Below are positions 9,488-18,732 of a stretch of 32,000 nucleotides of DNA, piece after piece. Each line of letters opens with the position of its first letter. The first letter of the stretch is position 1. The notes below the pieces were generated by a model that worked only from the letters and a program-made list of their open reading frames with translations, had not been told where the DNA came from and searched no databases. The DNA is taken from the NCBI GenBank assembly GCA_029715105.1, contig CP085695.1, positions 450,001 through 482,000 of the forward strand, in the 5' to 3' direction. The translations under genes and the position numbers were made by a program. The DNA comes from Candidatus Saccharimonadota bacterium. Its GTDB lineage: Bacteria > Pseudomonadota > Alphaproteobacteria > Rickettsiales > Anaplasmataceae.

Positions 9488-12160
9488 CTATAATCTGTAA
9501 TTTCCTCTCCCTTCTTTAGAGAATTTGACATTAAACTGTGCTGCTACTAGTTTTGCGATCATCACTCTATATGGTGAACATGAAATATAGTCAATCCCAG
9601 ATCTAATAAGAAATTCTATAGATCTCGGATCTGCTCCATGTTCTCCACAAATGCCAAACTTCATCTCTTTTCTTGTTCTCTTACCTTTTTCAATAGCTAT
9701 TTTAATCAATTCACCTACTCCCTCAACATCTAATACTTCGAACGGATCGTTTTCTAATATATCATTTTCTTTATATGAATTAAGAAAACTAATTGAATCA
9801 TCTCTCGAGAGACCCATAGTTGTCTGCGTCAAATCATTAGTACCAAAACTAAAAAACTCTACATATTTTGCCAATTTATCTGTAATTAATGCTGCTCTCG
9901 GTAATTCTATCATTGCTCCAACTGAATAAGTTTTACCAGACATCATTCCTGTAATAATAGAAGATTCTTTATTTATCAGCTCACATATCATTGCAAGTTC
10001 GTTTTCATTCATAATAAGAGGAATCATAATTTCAGGTTTAATTTTTGCTTTTTTTTCCTTTCTTAGCTCATCTGCAGCACTAAGTATTGCTCTAATTTGC
10101 ATTAAATATATCTCAGGATAAGAAATAGCAAGTCTACAACCTCTATGACCAAGCATTGGATTTTTTTCTGATAATTGAGCTACCTTATTTTTCACAGATT
10201 CAACTGATTTATTAAGTGAATTAGCAATTTTCTCTATACTAAATTGACTATTTGGTAAAAACTCATGTAAAGGTGGATCAAGTAAACGTATCGTAATCTC
10301 CGCATTCTCCTCCATAATAGAAAATATTTCTTTAAAATCAGATTTTTGCATTTGTTCTAATTTATTCAATACATCTGCTCTTTCAAATTTATCATCAGCT
10401 ATTATCAATTTTTGAATAAATTCAATCCTATCATTAGAAAAAAACATATGCTCTGTACGACATAATCCTATACCCTCTGCGCCAAACTTTTTAGCAATCC
10501 TGGCATCTCTAGGGGTATCAGCATTTGCTTTCACTTTAATTGTTTTAATTTCATCTATCCAATTAATTATAGTCTTAAGCTCGTGTGATAATTTGGGTAA
10601 AACCGTAGGAAGAATACCAAGCATAACCTCACCAGTCCCTCCATTAATTGTAATTGGTTCATTACTATTTACCTTTATATTTCCTATAGAAAAAAAATTC
10701 CTGTCTTTATCTATGTATAATCCGCCTACACTACAAATGCACGGCTTACCCATTCCACGAGTTATAACAGCAGCATGCGAAGTCATTCCTCCTCGTGCAG
10801 TTATTATACCATTTGCAGCACTTATCCCATTAATATCCTCAGAACTCGTCTCTGGTCTCACTAAAATCACTTTCTTACCTTGTTCTACTGCCTTTTCCGC
10901 ATCGCTTGCACTAAATACCACATATCCAGAAACAACACCTGGAGAAGCTGGAAGTCCTTTTCCTATTATTTTTTGATCAAAATCATTGATTTTGAGAACT
11001 GGATACAATAAACCATCAAAAATTTTTGGGTCAATTCTTAATATTCCTTCTTCTTTTGTAATTATTCCATCATTGACCATATCGACTATTATACGTATAG
11101 TAGCCTCAGCTGTACGCTTACCAGATCTAGTTTGCAAAATCCATAACCTGCCATCTTGCACAGTAAATTCAATATCCTGCATATCCTTATAGCAGATTTC
11201 AAGCTTCTCACATATATCACATAATTCTTTATATGCGCCTGGCATCAATTTCTCCATGGTATTACTTTTATCTCCATCTACCGGCATAGGAGTACAAATT
11301 CCTGAAACAATATCTTCGCCCTGAGCATTAACTAAAAATTCCCCAAAACATTTTTTTTCTCCAGTTATAGGATTACGTGTAAACACCACACCAGTTGCAG
11401 AATTATTATTTAAATTTCCAAAAACCATTGCTTGTACATTAATAGCAGTACCGAAAGTCTCAGAAATATTATTTATTTTTCTATAAAAAATAGCTCTGTC
11501 ATTCTTCCAAGAATCAAACACTGCCTTTATCGAACTTGACAGCTGTTCTTCAACATTTTGTGGAAAATGTTTTGCAGTTTTTTCATAAATTATACTTTTA
11601 AAGCTATCAACAATTTTTTTTAGAATACAAACATCAAGATCAGCTAAACTTTTCGCTCTATTTTTATGTTGCTCGTCATTTATAATAACTTGAAAAAGAT
11701 GATGATTAAATTGTAAAACAACATTGGAATACATCATAATAAAACGACAATAGCTATTATAAGCAAAACTTTCTCCATTTCTTTTTGCAAGTCCAGTAAC
11801 AGTTACATCATTTAAGCCGACATTTAAAATTGTATCAAGCATACCAGGCATAGAATTAGATCCACTAGAACGTACTGAAACCAATAACGGATTATTCGAA
11901 TCTCCAAATTTGGAACCTATATCATTTTCTAGCATCTCCATATACTTTTTAATTTCATTACATAAATTACTAGATAGTAGTCTATTACTCCTACAATAAT
12001 TGTTAAAAACAGAGGTTGAAATCGTAAAACCAGGTGGAACAGGAACACCAATATTACACATTTCCGCTAAATTTGCACCCTTTTCACCAAGCAAATTTTT
12101 CATTTTTGCGTTGCCATCGCATTTTTTTTGGCTAAAATAATATATTAATTTTTCTTTCAT
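9488..12160 (-). CDS. ppdK: pyruvate, phosphate dikinase
   Basis: 890 aa. The N-terminal ATP-grasp region has MKNLLGEKGANLAEM..GVPVPPGFTIS. The phospho-His swivel motif is TARGGMTSHAAVITRG. The C-terminal PEP/pyruvate domain has FSFGTNDLTQ and ICGEHGADP. Confidence 0.97.
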   Translation of the reverse strand: MKEKLIYYFSQKKCDGNAKMKNLLGEKGANLAEMCNIGVPVPPGFTISTSVFNNYCRSNRLLSSNLCNEIKKYMEMLENDIGSKFGDSNNPLLVSVRSSGSNSMPGMLDTILNVGLNDVTVTGLAKRNGESFAYNSYCRFIMMYSNVVLQFNHHLFQVIINDEQHKNRAKSLADLDVCILKKIVDSFKSIIYEKTAKHFPQNVEEQLSSSIKAVFDSWKNDRAIFYRKINNISETFGTAINVQAMVFGNLNNNSATGVVFTRNPITGEKKCFGEFLVNAQGEDIVSGICTPMPVDGDKSNTMEKLMPGAYKELCDICEKLEICYKDMQDIEFTVQDGRLWILQTRSGKRTAEATIRIIVDMVNDGIITKEEGILRIDPKIFDGLLYPVLKINDFDQKIIGKGLPASPGVVSGYVVFSASDAEKAVEQGKKVILVRPETSSEDINGISAANGIITARGGMTSHAAVITRGMGKPCICSVGGLYIDKDRNFFSIGNIKVNSNEPITINGGTGEVMLGILPTVLPKLSHELKTIINWIDEIKTIKVKANADTPRDARIAKKFGAEGIGLCRTEHMFFSNDRIEFIQKLIIADDKFERADVLNKLEQMQKSDFKEIFSIMEENAEITIRLLDPPLHEFLPNSQFSIEKIANSLNKSVESVKNKVAQLSEKNPMLGHRGCRLAISYPEIYLMQIRAILSAADELRKEKKAKIKPEIMIPLIMNENELAMICELINKESSIITGMMSGKTYSVGAMIELPRAALITDKLAKYVEFFSFGTNDLTQTTMGLSRDDSISFLNSYKENDILENDPFEVLDVEGVGELIKIAIEKGKRTRKEMKFGICGEHGADPRSIEFLIRSGIDYISCSPYRVMIAKLVAAQFNVKFSKEGRGNYRL

Positions 12161-13110
12161 TTTTTTGAATTTTTTTATAAATCATACATATAATTTCGGT
12201 ACAGACTTCCCATGAAGCGGTTAGAGTAACAAATTTTATAAAGTTTGACAATAATATGTATAACATAATCGCCTGATGACAAGTTATGTTATTATAAATG
12301 CGCATTATTATAATATAAGTATAAAATTGAAACTCTTCGTGAAATTCATATATCATGACACGCACTAATTAACTTTTTTTAATTCATTCAATAATAAAAT
12401 TATTTCTTTTAATTTTTCAATTAAAGCGTACTAAATATGGATACTCGAAATAAACAAAATGTTACAAAACTTATTTTCCTAATTATCGCCTATATGTTTT
12501 ACCAATTTTCAAATAACAACCATCACTCTTTAGTTATTTCTAACAAAACATATAAAATTTCCTTACTGTATTTTACATTACTCTTTATGTATATTAAAAA
12601 ACATTTCTTATCCAGAAAAGATTTTCTTAACTCAACATCATATACAGTTTATACATCTTTATATAAATATTAAGTTAACAACTACATATTATTTTTCCCC
12701 ATAACACTCCTAGTAAGGAGTTGACTACAAAATCTAAAATTAAAACAAAAATTTCAGTTTTAAAAAATTCATAAATATTTAAAGAAAAGTTAAAATTCAA
12801 CTCAACATAAACTCCTCACCAAAAGAAAATAACTAAAATAAAGCTAAATTCCAAAATTATATTTTTTTAAATATAAAACAACAACAAAACTGTATAAAAT
12901 CATCTTACATAAACAAAATTATTTTATACAAAAACCAAATTTACAAGTTTTCATAATATAACAAAACAACAACTAAACTCTTTTTAGAATATGGTAAGTT
13001 ACTATAATTTACACCTTAGTATTATTCCAATAACAATACACTTTCCAATATTATTAGAAAATATAAAACACCAATTTTTTATTAAGATTCAAATTTTCTA
13101 TAATCCAGAA

Positions 13111-13183
13111 AGGCTGGAACCGGAATCGAACCGATATAAAAAGGATTTGCAGTCCTTCGCATAAACCATTCTGCCACCCAGCC
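13111..13183 (-). tRNA. tRNA-Cys (anticodon GCA)
   Basis: The minus-strand sequence GGCTGGGTGGCAGAATGG...GGACTGCAAATCC...ATCGGTTCGATTCCGGTTCCAGCCT folds as a cloverleaf by hand. The acceptor stem is GGCTGGG/TCCAGCC (one G-U pair). The anticodon loop is CT-GCA-AA. The T-arm is ATCGG-TTCGATT-CCGGT and the discriminator is U. No CCA is encoded. The gene is 73 nt and GC-rich relative to its flanks. Confidence 0.85.
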
Positions 13184-13184
13184 A

Positions 13185-14090
13185 TTATGAATAAATATGC
13201 ATAATATCCTTTAACATAGATAAAGCTTCTTCTCTTTTCCTCTGAAAAGTATTACGTCCAATAATTGAACCATCACCACCACCTTTTTTAATCTCTTTTA
13301 TATCATTATATATATCATTTATAGATTTCGAATTCCCACCAGAAAAAACCACTATCCTTCTTCCTGCAAAACAAGATTTCTTAATAAAAGAAATTCTTCT
13401 AGACAGCAACTCAATATTCTCTATTTCTACTTTTTCTTTCATTAATTGATTTGTAGGAAGTTTCACTTTTATTATAGTAGCACCAAGCAAAGCTGCTATA
13501 TGCGCGGCATAGGAGACTACATCAACTGCTGTTTCAAATTCTTTGGAAATTCCTTCACCTCGTGGATAAGACCATAATACTACTACAAGTCCATAGGACT
13601 TAGCCTCAGCTATAATTTCACGTGCTTCTTCTATCATATCAAAACACTTAGCAGAACCAGGATAAATAGTAAACCCAATACCTGTACAGCCCAAACGCAG
13701 CGCATCTTTTACAGAAGCTGTTATAGCTTGGTCAGGAGTTAAACTTTTTAGATGTAAAGAATTAAAACTGTTAAGTTTTAAAATTAGAGGAAGTATCCCG
13801 TCATAAGACGAGATACCAGCCTCAATCATTCCAAGCGGAGCAGCATATGCACTCACGTCTGAGTCAAGTGCAAGTTGAAAATGATAATTTGGGTCATAAG
13901 CATCCTGATTAACTTCAAAACTCTTCACTGGTCCATGTTCAAATCCTTGATCAACAGGAAAGATCAATAATTTCCCAGTACCACCAAGTTTTCCATGCAT
14001 GAGGATACGTGCAAGACTTGTTTTTACTCCAAGATTTTCATTATCATAATAATTTAAAATTTGCCTTACTTTATTGCTTAATATCGTCAT
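13185..14090 (-). CDS. fbaB: class I fructose-bisphosphate aldolase, DhnA/FbaB type
   Basis: 301 aa with LLIFPVDQGFEHGP, LKLN, GFTIYPGS, VVVLWSYPRG and IIKVKLP (Schiff-base Lys region). These align with my recollection of E. coli FbaB (ILPVDQGVEH, KLNH, TIYFGS, VLWAY.R, IVKQK). Confidence 0.85.
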   Translation of the reverse strand: MTILSNKVRQILNYYDNENLGVKTSLARILMHGKLGGTGKLLIFPVDQGFEHGPVKSFEVNQDAYDPNYHFQLALDSDVSAYAAPLGMIEAGISSYDGILPLILKLNSFNSLHLKSLTPDQAITASVKDALRLGCTGIGFTIYPGSAKCFDMIEEAREIIAEAKSYGLVVVLWSYPRGEGISKEFETAVDVVSYAAHIAALLGATIIKVKLPTNQLMKEKVEIENIELLSRRISFIKKSCFAGRRIVVFSGGNSKSINDIYNDIKEIKKGGGDGSIIGRNTFQRKREEALSMLKDIMHIYS

Positions 14091-14582
14091 AAATTAAAAG
14101 TAAACTTACAATTTAATTTCTAAATTGTAATCAAATAAAAACTCAATACAAGAAATTTTAATTTATTCTAAAACTCTTTACATTTCTAGATTTTTTTAAA
14201 TCTAAAATCCTATTATAAAACGCATCTATTCGAAAGTACTTCCTTAAAAACTTAAAATAAAATCAGCTCACAAACAAATCTTTCAATATCAATTGAACTC
14301 ATTTATTTCTCAACTTACATCTGCATTTTATACTTTTGTTAACATGTATGCCCCTTGATATTTTACTGCACAAATTCAAATTTACTTTCTCATCATTTAA
14401 TACTAATCTAATAATTTCTAATATACCCCCATAATAATTTTATTCTAAAAACACATACATCTTGAATAGAAGAACTATCTCTGCTAAAACAAAAGTTATT
14501 ACATAGATATTTTATCAAATCTTATCATTTCAATAGCTGAAATCGAACTTTTATATCAATAAAATTAGCAAAACTTGCAATT

Positions 14583-16331
14583 TTATCTATTTTTAACAAA
14601 CATCATTTGTATTTTCTGTATACTATGCTCTATTTGTCTTATCTGCTCTATTAATCTTTTTTCTAAATTGAAATTACCTCCCAATCTTGCTTTAAATTTT
14701 TCCTTTTGCAATACATTTAACTCTTTTAACAATATCACATTATTCCACACAATCTCCGCCGACTTTTTCTCATTTAATTGACTATTTAACGTATTAGTTT
14801 TCTCAAAAATGAGCTTTATAACTTTACTATCAAATTGATATAACTCCTGCAACAAAACCCTTCTATCAAACTTATTTCTATTATTTATCAAATCAATTAT
14901 ATACATTTGTAATTTTCTCATCCCAATATCCGTAAACTCAAAATAAGAAAACTGCTCTAAAAATATGGCATGATTTAAAATCTCAGGAAACTCTATCACT
15001 ATACGTAAAATTATAGCCTGATTTTGCTCTGCTTCAATTGCATCTGAAGACTTATCGTAAAAATATCTAGTCTCTATTATTTTGATAGGCAAACTTCTAG
15101 TTTTTTTTAAATCGCTAATTTTAGTATAAAAATAATCCCTATAATATCTCTTAATACTGCTATTACTTATAGTATTAACATATTCCATAAATCTACACTC
15201 AAGAACTGAATATTTTTCTGGAATAGAATTTTCATAATTTTGAAAGTTACTACTATTAACTATATATTTCCACAAATACTCAGAGTGTAACTCTGTATAA
15301 CGATTAAAACAAAAAAGTATATCTTCTTTTTTATATTCCAACTCATTACATATATCGTATGGATCTTTTTCCTTTGGTAAAATTATAAATTTTAATGTAT
15401 ATCCTAACTTAAGTATCGGAAGAATAAATTTAGCAATTCTAGTGGTGGCATAACGTCCAGAGTTATCACCATCCATACAAATAGAAATTTCTTTAGTAAA
15501 TCTCCATAAACTTTGTATTTGTTCTACTGAAATCATAGTACCAAGAGAAGCAACTACATTGTTAATTCCGGCTTGATGTAATGCTATTACATCCATATAT
15601 CCCTCAACGATAAATACATGTTGCTTTTTACGTATTTCACTCAAAGCAAGATCTAATCCATATAAATTTTTCCTTTTTTTAAAAAGTTTACTCTCTGAAC
15701 TATTTAAATATTTTGGATATTGATTTGCGCTAAGTGCGCGCCCTCCGAAACCAATAACCTTACCTGTAATATCATGTATAGGGAACATAAGACGGTTATA
15801 AAAGTAGTCACGAAAACTTTTATTTATTAAACCAATATGAATTAAAATCTCATCTTCGATACCAAAAGAATTTAAATATTCTCTTAGACCACAATATGGC
15901 GCGTAACCCACTTTAAATTTATCTATAACTTTGAGCGAGATTTTACGCTGATTTAAGTAAGTAATAACACTCTTTTTTTTTTGTATAAACCACTTTGTAG
16001 TTAAACTTAATGCTAAAAACAATTTGTTATTTTTAGCGGAAATATCAGTACTCTTAAATAAATCAACACCTGTAACTAATGCTAATCTTTTTAAAACCTC
16101 TTGAAAACTTAAACTTTCAGTTTGTGAAATAAATTCAAATACATCACCATGAGCAAAACAACCAAAACAATAATACGATCCCTTAATGTCATTTACAAAA
16201 AATGATGGAGTTTTTTCATTATGAAATGGACAAATTCCAACAAAATTATTCCCGCTTTTTATTAATTTTATCTTTTTACCTATTATATCAGATATTAAAA
16301 GTCTTGATTTTATAGTATCTATATAACTCAC
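14583..16331 (-). CDS. dnaG: DNA primase
   Basis: 582 aa with zinc ribbon CPFHNEKTPSF...CFGCFAHG and TOPRIM motifs FIVEGYMDVIAL and CMDGDNSG. The start codon is GTG (cac at 16329-16331 on the + strand). Confidence 0.95.
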   Translation of the reverse strand: MSYIDTIKSRLLISDIIGKKIKLIKSGNNFVGICPFHNEKTPSFFVNDIKGSYYCFGCFAHGDVFEFISQTESLSFQEVLKRLALVTGVDLFKSTDISAKNNKLFLALSLTTKWFIQKKKSVITYLNQRKISLKVIDKFKVGYAPYCGLREYLNSFGIEDEILIHIGLINKSFRDYFYNRLMFPIHDITGKVIGFGGRALSANQYPKYLNSSESKLFKKRKNLYGLDLALSEIRKKQHVFIVEGYMDVIALHQAGINNVVASLGTMISVEQIQSLWRFTKEISICMDGDNSGRYATTRIAKFILPILKLGYTLKFIILPKEKDPYDICNELEYKKEDILFCFNRYTELHSEYLWKYIVNSSNFQNYENSIPEKYSVLECRFMEYVNTISNSSIKRYYRDYFYTKISDLKKTRSLPIKIIETRYFYDKSSDAIEAEQNQAIILRIVIEFPEILNHAIFLEQFSYFEFTDIGMRKLQMYIIDLINNRNKFDRRVLLQELYQFDSKVIKLIFEKTNTLNSQLNEKKSAEIVWNNVILLKELNVLQKEKFKARLGGNFNLEKRLIEQIRQIEHSIQKIQMMFVKNR

Positions 16332-16372
16332 TTTACTTAAAATAATAATTCTAATTGGTAATTAATTAATAA

Positions 16373-16390
16373 CTCGAAATAAATTTCGAG
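16373..16390. promoter_or_regulatory. perfect 8+8 palindrome in the dnaG / rpiB-ubiG divergent promoter region (candidate operator)
   Basis: CTCGAAAT-AA-ATTTCGAG. It lies 42 nt upstream of the dnaG GTG and 87 nt upstream of the rpiB-ubiG ATG. A consensus TTGACA follows at 16412-16417. Confidence 0.3.
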
Positions 16391-16476
16391 TCTATGCCTT
16401 AAGAGGATATGTTGACAAACAAAATAGAATAAATTATCCATATTAAATATACTCTTGATAAATCATAATTTTTAAT

Positions 16477-17652
16477 ATGAATGTTGTATCAATAGCTTCA
16501 GATCATTCTGGCTATGAATTAAAATCAGAAATAAGACCATATTTAGAAACTTTAGGTTATATAGTAATAGATCACGGCTGTACTGTTGAGCAAAAAAGTG
16601 TAGATTATCCTGACTACGCTATTAAGGTTGTAAAAGATATAACAAACAAAAAAGCAAATTACGGAATACTAATTTGCGGTACAGGTCTTGGTATGAGCAT
16701 CGTAGCAAATCGCTTTGAGGGAATCTATGCCGCTTTATGTAATAACATCGAAATTGCTAGATTAGCTCGTAAACATGGCAATGCAAACATACTTTGTATT
16801 GGCGCAGAGTTTACTACAAGTACATTAGCAAAAGATGTAATCAAACAATTCCTTGAGACAGAATTTTCAAAAGAAAGTAGACACAAAAAACGTCTTAACA
16901 AACTAAATAATATAACTTCTTATAGAAAGAAAGAAAAAGTACAAACTTACAATAATAACGAAATATTAAAATTCAATAAAACAGCAGAAGAATGGTGGAA
17001 TGAAAATGGAAAATTTAAATCACTACATATGATGAATCCAATAAGAGCACTGTATATTATTGAAAAAATAAAAGAATTTAAAAAATGTTCTTTAAAAGAA
17101 CTGTCATTGCTTGATATTGGATGCGGTAGTGGAATTTTATCAGAATCAATGGCTAGAGTTGGAATTAGTGTTGTAGGAATAGATATATGTAAAGAAAACT
17201 TAAAAATAGCAAAATCACATGCAAAAAAAGTAGGATTAAGTATAAAATACAAAAATACTTCCGTTGAAAAACTAAAAAATGATAAAAAATACGACATAAT
17301 CTTACTTATGGAAGTGGTAGAACATGTAGATAATTTAGAACTTTTTATGAAAAAAACAATAAAGCTACTAAAACCAGGAGGGCTGATATTCATATCAACA
17401 ATTAATAGAACTATCAAATCTTTCTGCCTCGCAATAATTGCTGCAGAATTTATACTAAAATGGCTGCCAAGAGGCACACATAATTGGAATAAATTCCTCA
17501 AACCATCAGAAATTACAAATTATTTGAGAGAAAATAATATCACGTTACAGAACATAACTGGCATGGAATTTAATATAATAAAACGTGAATGGAGGTTAAC
17601 AGATGGTATAGATGTTAATTATATACTCTGTGGCTTATTAAAGGTTCTATAG
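16477..17652 (+). CDS. rpiB/ubiG: bifunctional fusion protein: ribose-5-phosphate isomerase B (N-terminal, about res 1-145) + ubiquinone-biosynthesis O-methyltransferase UbiG (C-terminal, about res 159-391)
   Basis: A single 391-codon ORF. The RpiB module has SDHSGYELK, ILICGTGLGMSIVANR (Cys67) and RHKKRLNKL. A linker TSYRKKEKVQTY (nt ~16912-16950) follows. The UbiG module has FNKTAEEWWNENGKFKSLHMMNPIR, SAM motif LLDIGCGSGILSE, LLMEVVEHV and LKPGGLIFISTINRT. Confidence 0.85.
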   Translation: MNVVSIASDHSGYELKSEIRPYLETLGYIVIDHGCTVEQKSVDYPDYAIKVVKDITNKKANYGILICGTGLGMSIVANRFEGIYAALCNNIEIARLARKHGNANILCIGAEFTTSTLAKDVIKQFLETEFSKESRHKKRLNKLNNITSYRKKEKVQTYNNNEILKFNKTAEEWWNENGKFKSLHMMNPIRALYIIEKIKEFKKCSLKELSLLDIGCGSGILSESMARVGISVVGIDICKENLKIAKSHAKKVGLSIKYKNTSVEKLKNDKKYDIILLMEVVEHVDNLELFMKKTIKLLKPGGLIFISTINRTIKSFCLAIIAAEFILKWLPRGTHNWNKFLKPSEITNYLRENNITLQNITGMEFNIIKREWRLTDGIDVNYILCGLLKVL

Positions 17653-17695
17653 AAGAGAGATCTCTCAATAAATACAAATAAAATTTTTTGATCTC

Positions 17696-17729
17696 GCAAA
17701 AAAAAAGACAATCCTATCTTTTTTTTTGC
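17696..17729. terminator. A9/T9 hairpin between convergent rpiB-ubiG and pyrF (candidate bidirectional terminator)
   Basis: A perfect 13-nt inverted repeat GCAAAAAAAAAGA (17696-17708) / TCTTTTTTTTTGC (17717-17729) with an 8-nt loop CAATCCTA. It lies 44 nt after the rpiB-ubiG stop. The stem is AT-rich and therefore weak. Confidence 0.3.
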
Positions 17730-17917
17730 TTATTAAAATAAAGATATCTTCCTAACAATAAATTAGAAAAACTTAAAACTTTAAGTATAAAAAATTAATA
17801 GTTTAAAACTAAAAAGAATACAAAGCTCTCTTCTTACAAGATATGAAATTATCATCTATTTACAAAATTCTCTACCAAACAAATAACTTAAAATAAAATT
17901 AATGAAACAGAATTCAG

Positions 17918-17927
17918 CCCCCCCCCC
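17918..17927. repeat. C10 homopolymer tract (G10 on the minus strand)
   Basis: Direct reading gives ...aattcag CCCCCCCCCC taaatt... This is the longest G/C homopolymer in the window and it lies in spacer DNA that I estimate at about 20% GC. Confidence 0.9.
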
Positions 17928-18057
17928 TAAATTATACAAATTTTGAAACCCACAACATTACTGTATAACACAATATCATTAAATAAAATTTTTAAATTAT
18001 CAAACAAATGACTTCTCATTATCGAGAAAATGATCAAAACTTTTTATTTTATTTTTC

Positions 18058-18732
18058 TCAAAGGGATTTCCATATTAACTCTGCAACATTTGCAGGACTA
18101 TCACTTTTTGTAATAGGTCTACCAATCACAATATAATCAGCTCCCAGATTTATTGCTTTTTTTGGTGTTACTATTCTTTTTTGATCGTTATAATCATCGC
18201 ATATACGAATTCCAGGAGTAATAATTATAATTCCGTTACCACATTCCTTGCGTACCTCCCGCGCTTCCAATGCAGAACATACTATTCCATGTAAACCAAT
18301 CTTTTTTGCAAGTTTTGCAAACAAAACTACCTGTGATTTCACATCTCTTATCACTCCGAGCTCATTCAAATCTTCATCATCCATACTAGTTAATACAGTC
18401 ACCCCAACTAACTTCATTTTTGTACCTTTTACTACATTTATAGCTTCCCTCAACATTCTTACTCCACCATTTATATGCAACGTTAATATTTCAACACCTA
18501 ATTCTTTAATTACCTTAACTGTTTTAGATACAATACTTGTAATATCAAATAACTTTAAATCCAAAAATATTGGTATATTATATCTTGCAAGTTCTTTAAT
18601 TCCAAGTGGTCCATGAGCAATAAAAAATTCCAACCCGAGCTTTATCATACCAACCTTACCATATAAGACACTAGCTAAAGATATAGCCTTGTTCAAATCT
18701 TGTGTATCCAACGCACATATTATTGGATTCAT
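18058..18732 (-). CDS. pyrF: orotidine 5'-phosphate decarboxylase
   Basis: 224 aa with MNPIICALD, the catalytic FLDLKLFDI (DxKxxD) motif, and IVIGRPITKS near the C-terminus. Confidence 0.9.
   Translation of the reverse strand: MNPIICALDTQDLNKAISLASVLYGKVGMIKLGLEFFIAHGPLGIKELARYNIPIFLDLKLFDITSIVSKTVKVIKELGVEILTLHINGGVRMLREAINVVKGTKMKLVGVTVLTSMDDEDLNELGVIRDVKSQVVLFAKLAKKIGLHGIVCSALEAREVRKECGNGIIIITPGIRICDDYNDQKRIVTPKKAINLGADYIVIGRPITKSDSPANVAELIWKSL

Noticed and set aside
10593-10976. A 127-aa ORF antisense to ppdK. The same applies to 9651-9929, 10986-11192, 2322-2666, 6535-6759, 6808-6999, 18248-18616, 19778-19960, 23812-24210, 23943-24125, 25499-25723, 27210-27401, 28535-28801 and 29009-29299.
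   Set aside because: All of these are embedded antisense in well-supported conserved genes, are low-complexity, and lack start context or motifs. They are typical shadow ORFs.
16947-17501. A 184-aa ORF antisense to the UbiG half of the fusion gene.
   Set aside because: It lies entirely within, and antisense to, a gene with clear conserved motifs. The antisense of Lys/Glu/Asn-rich AT-biased codons yields Phe/Leu/Ser/Ile-rich open frames with few stops. It has no recognisable motifs.
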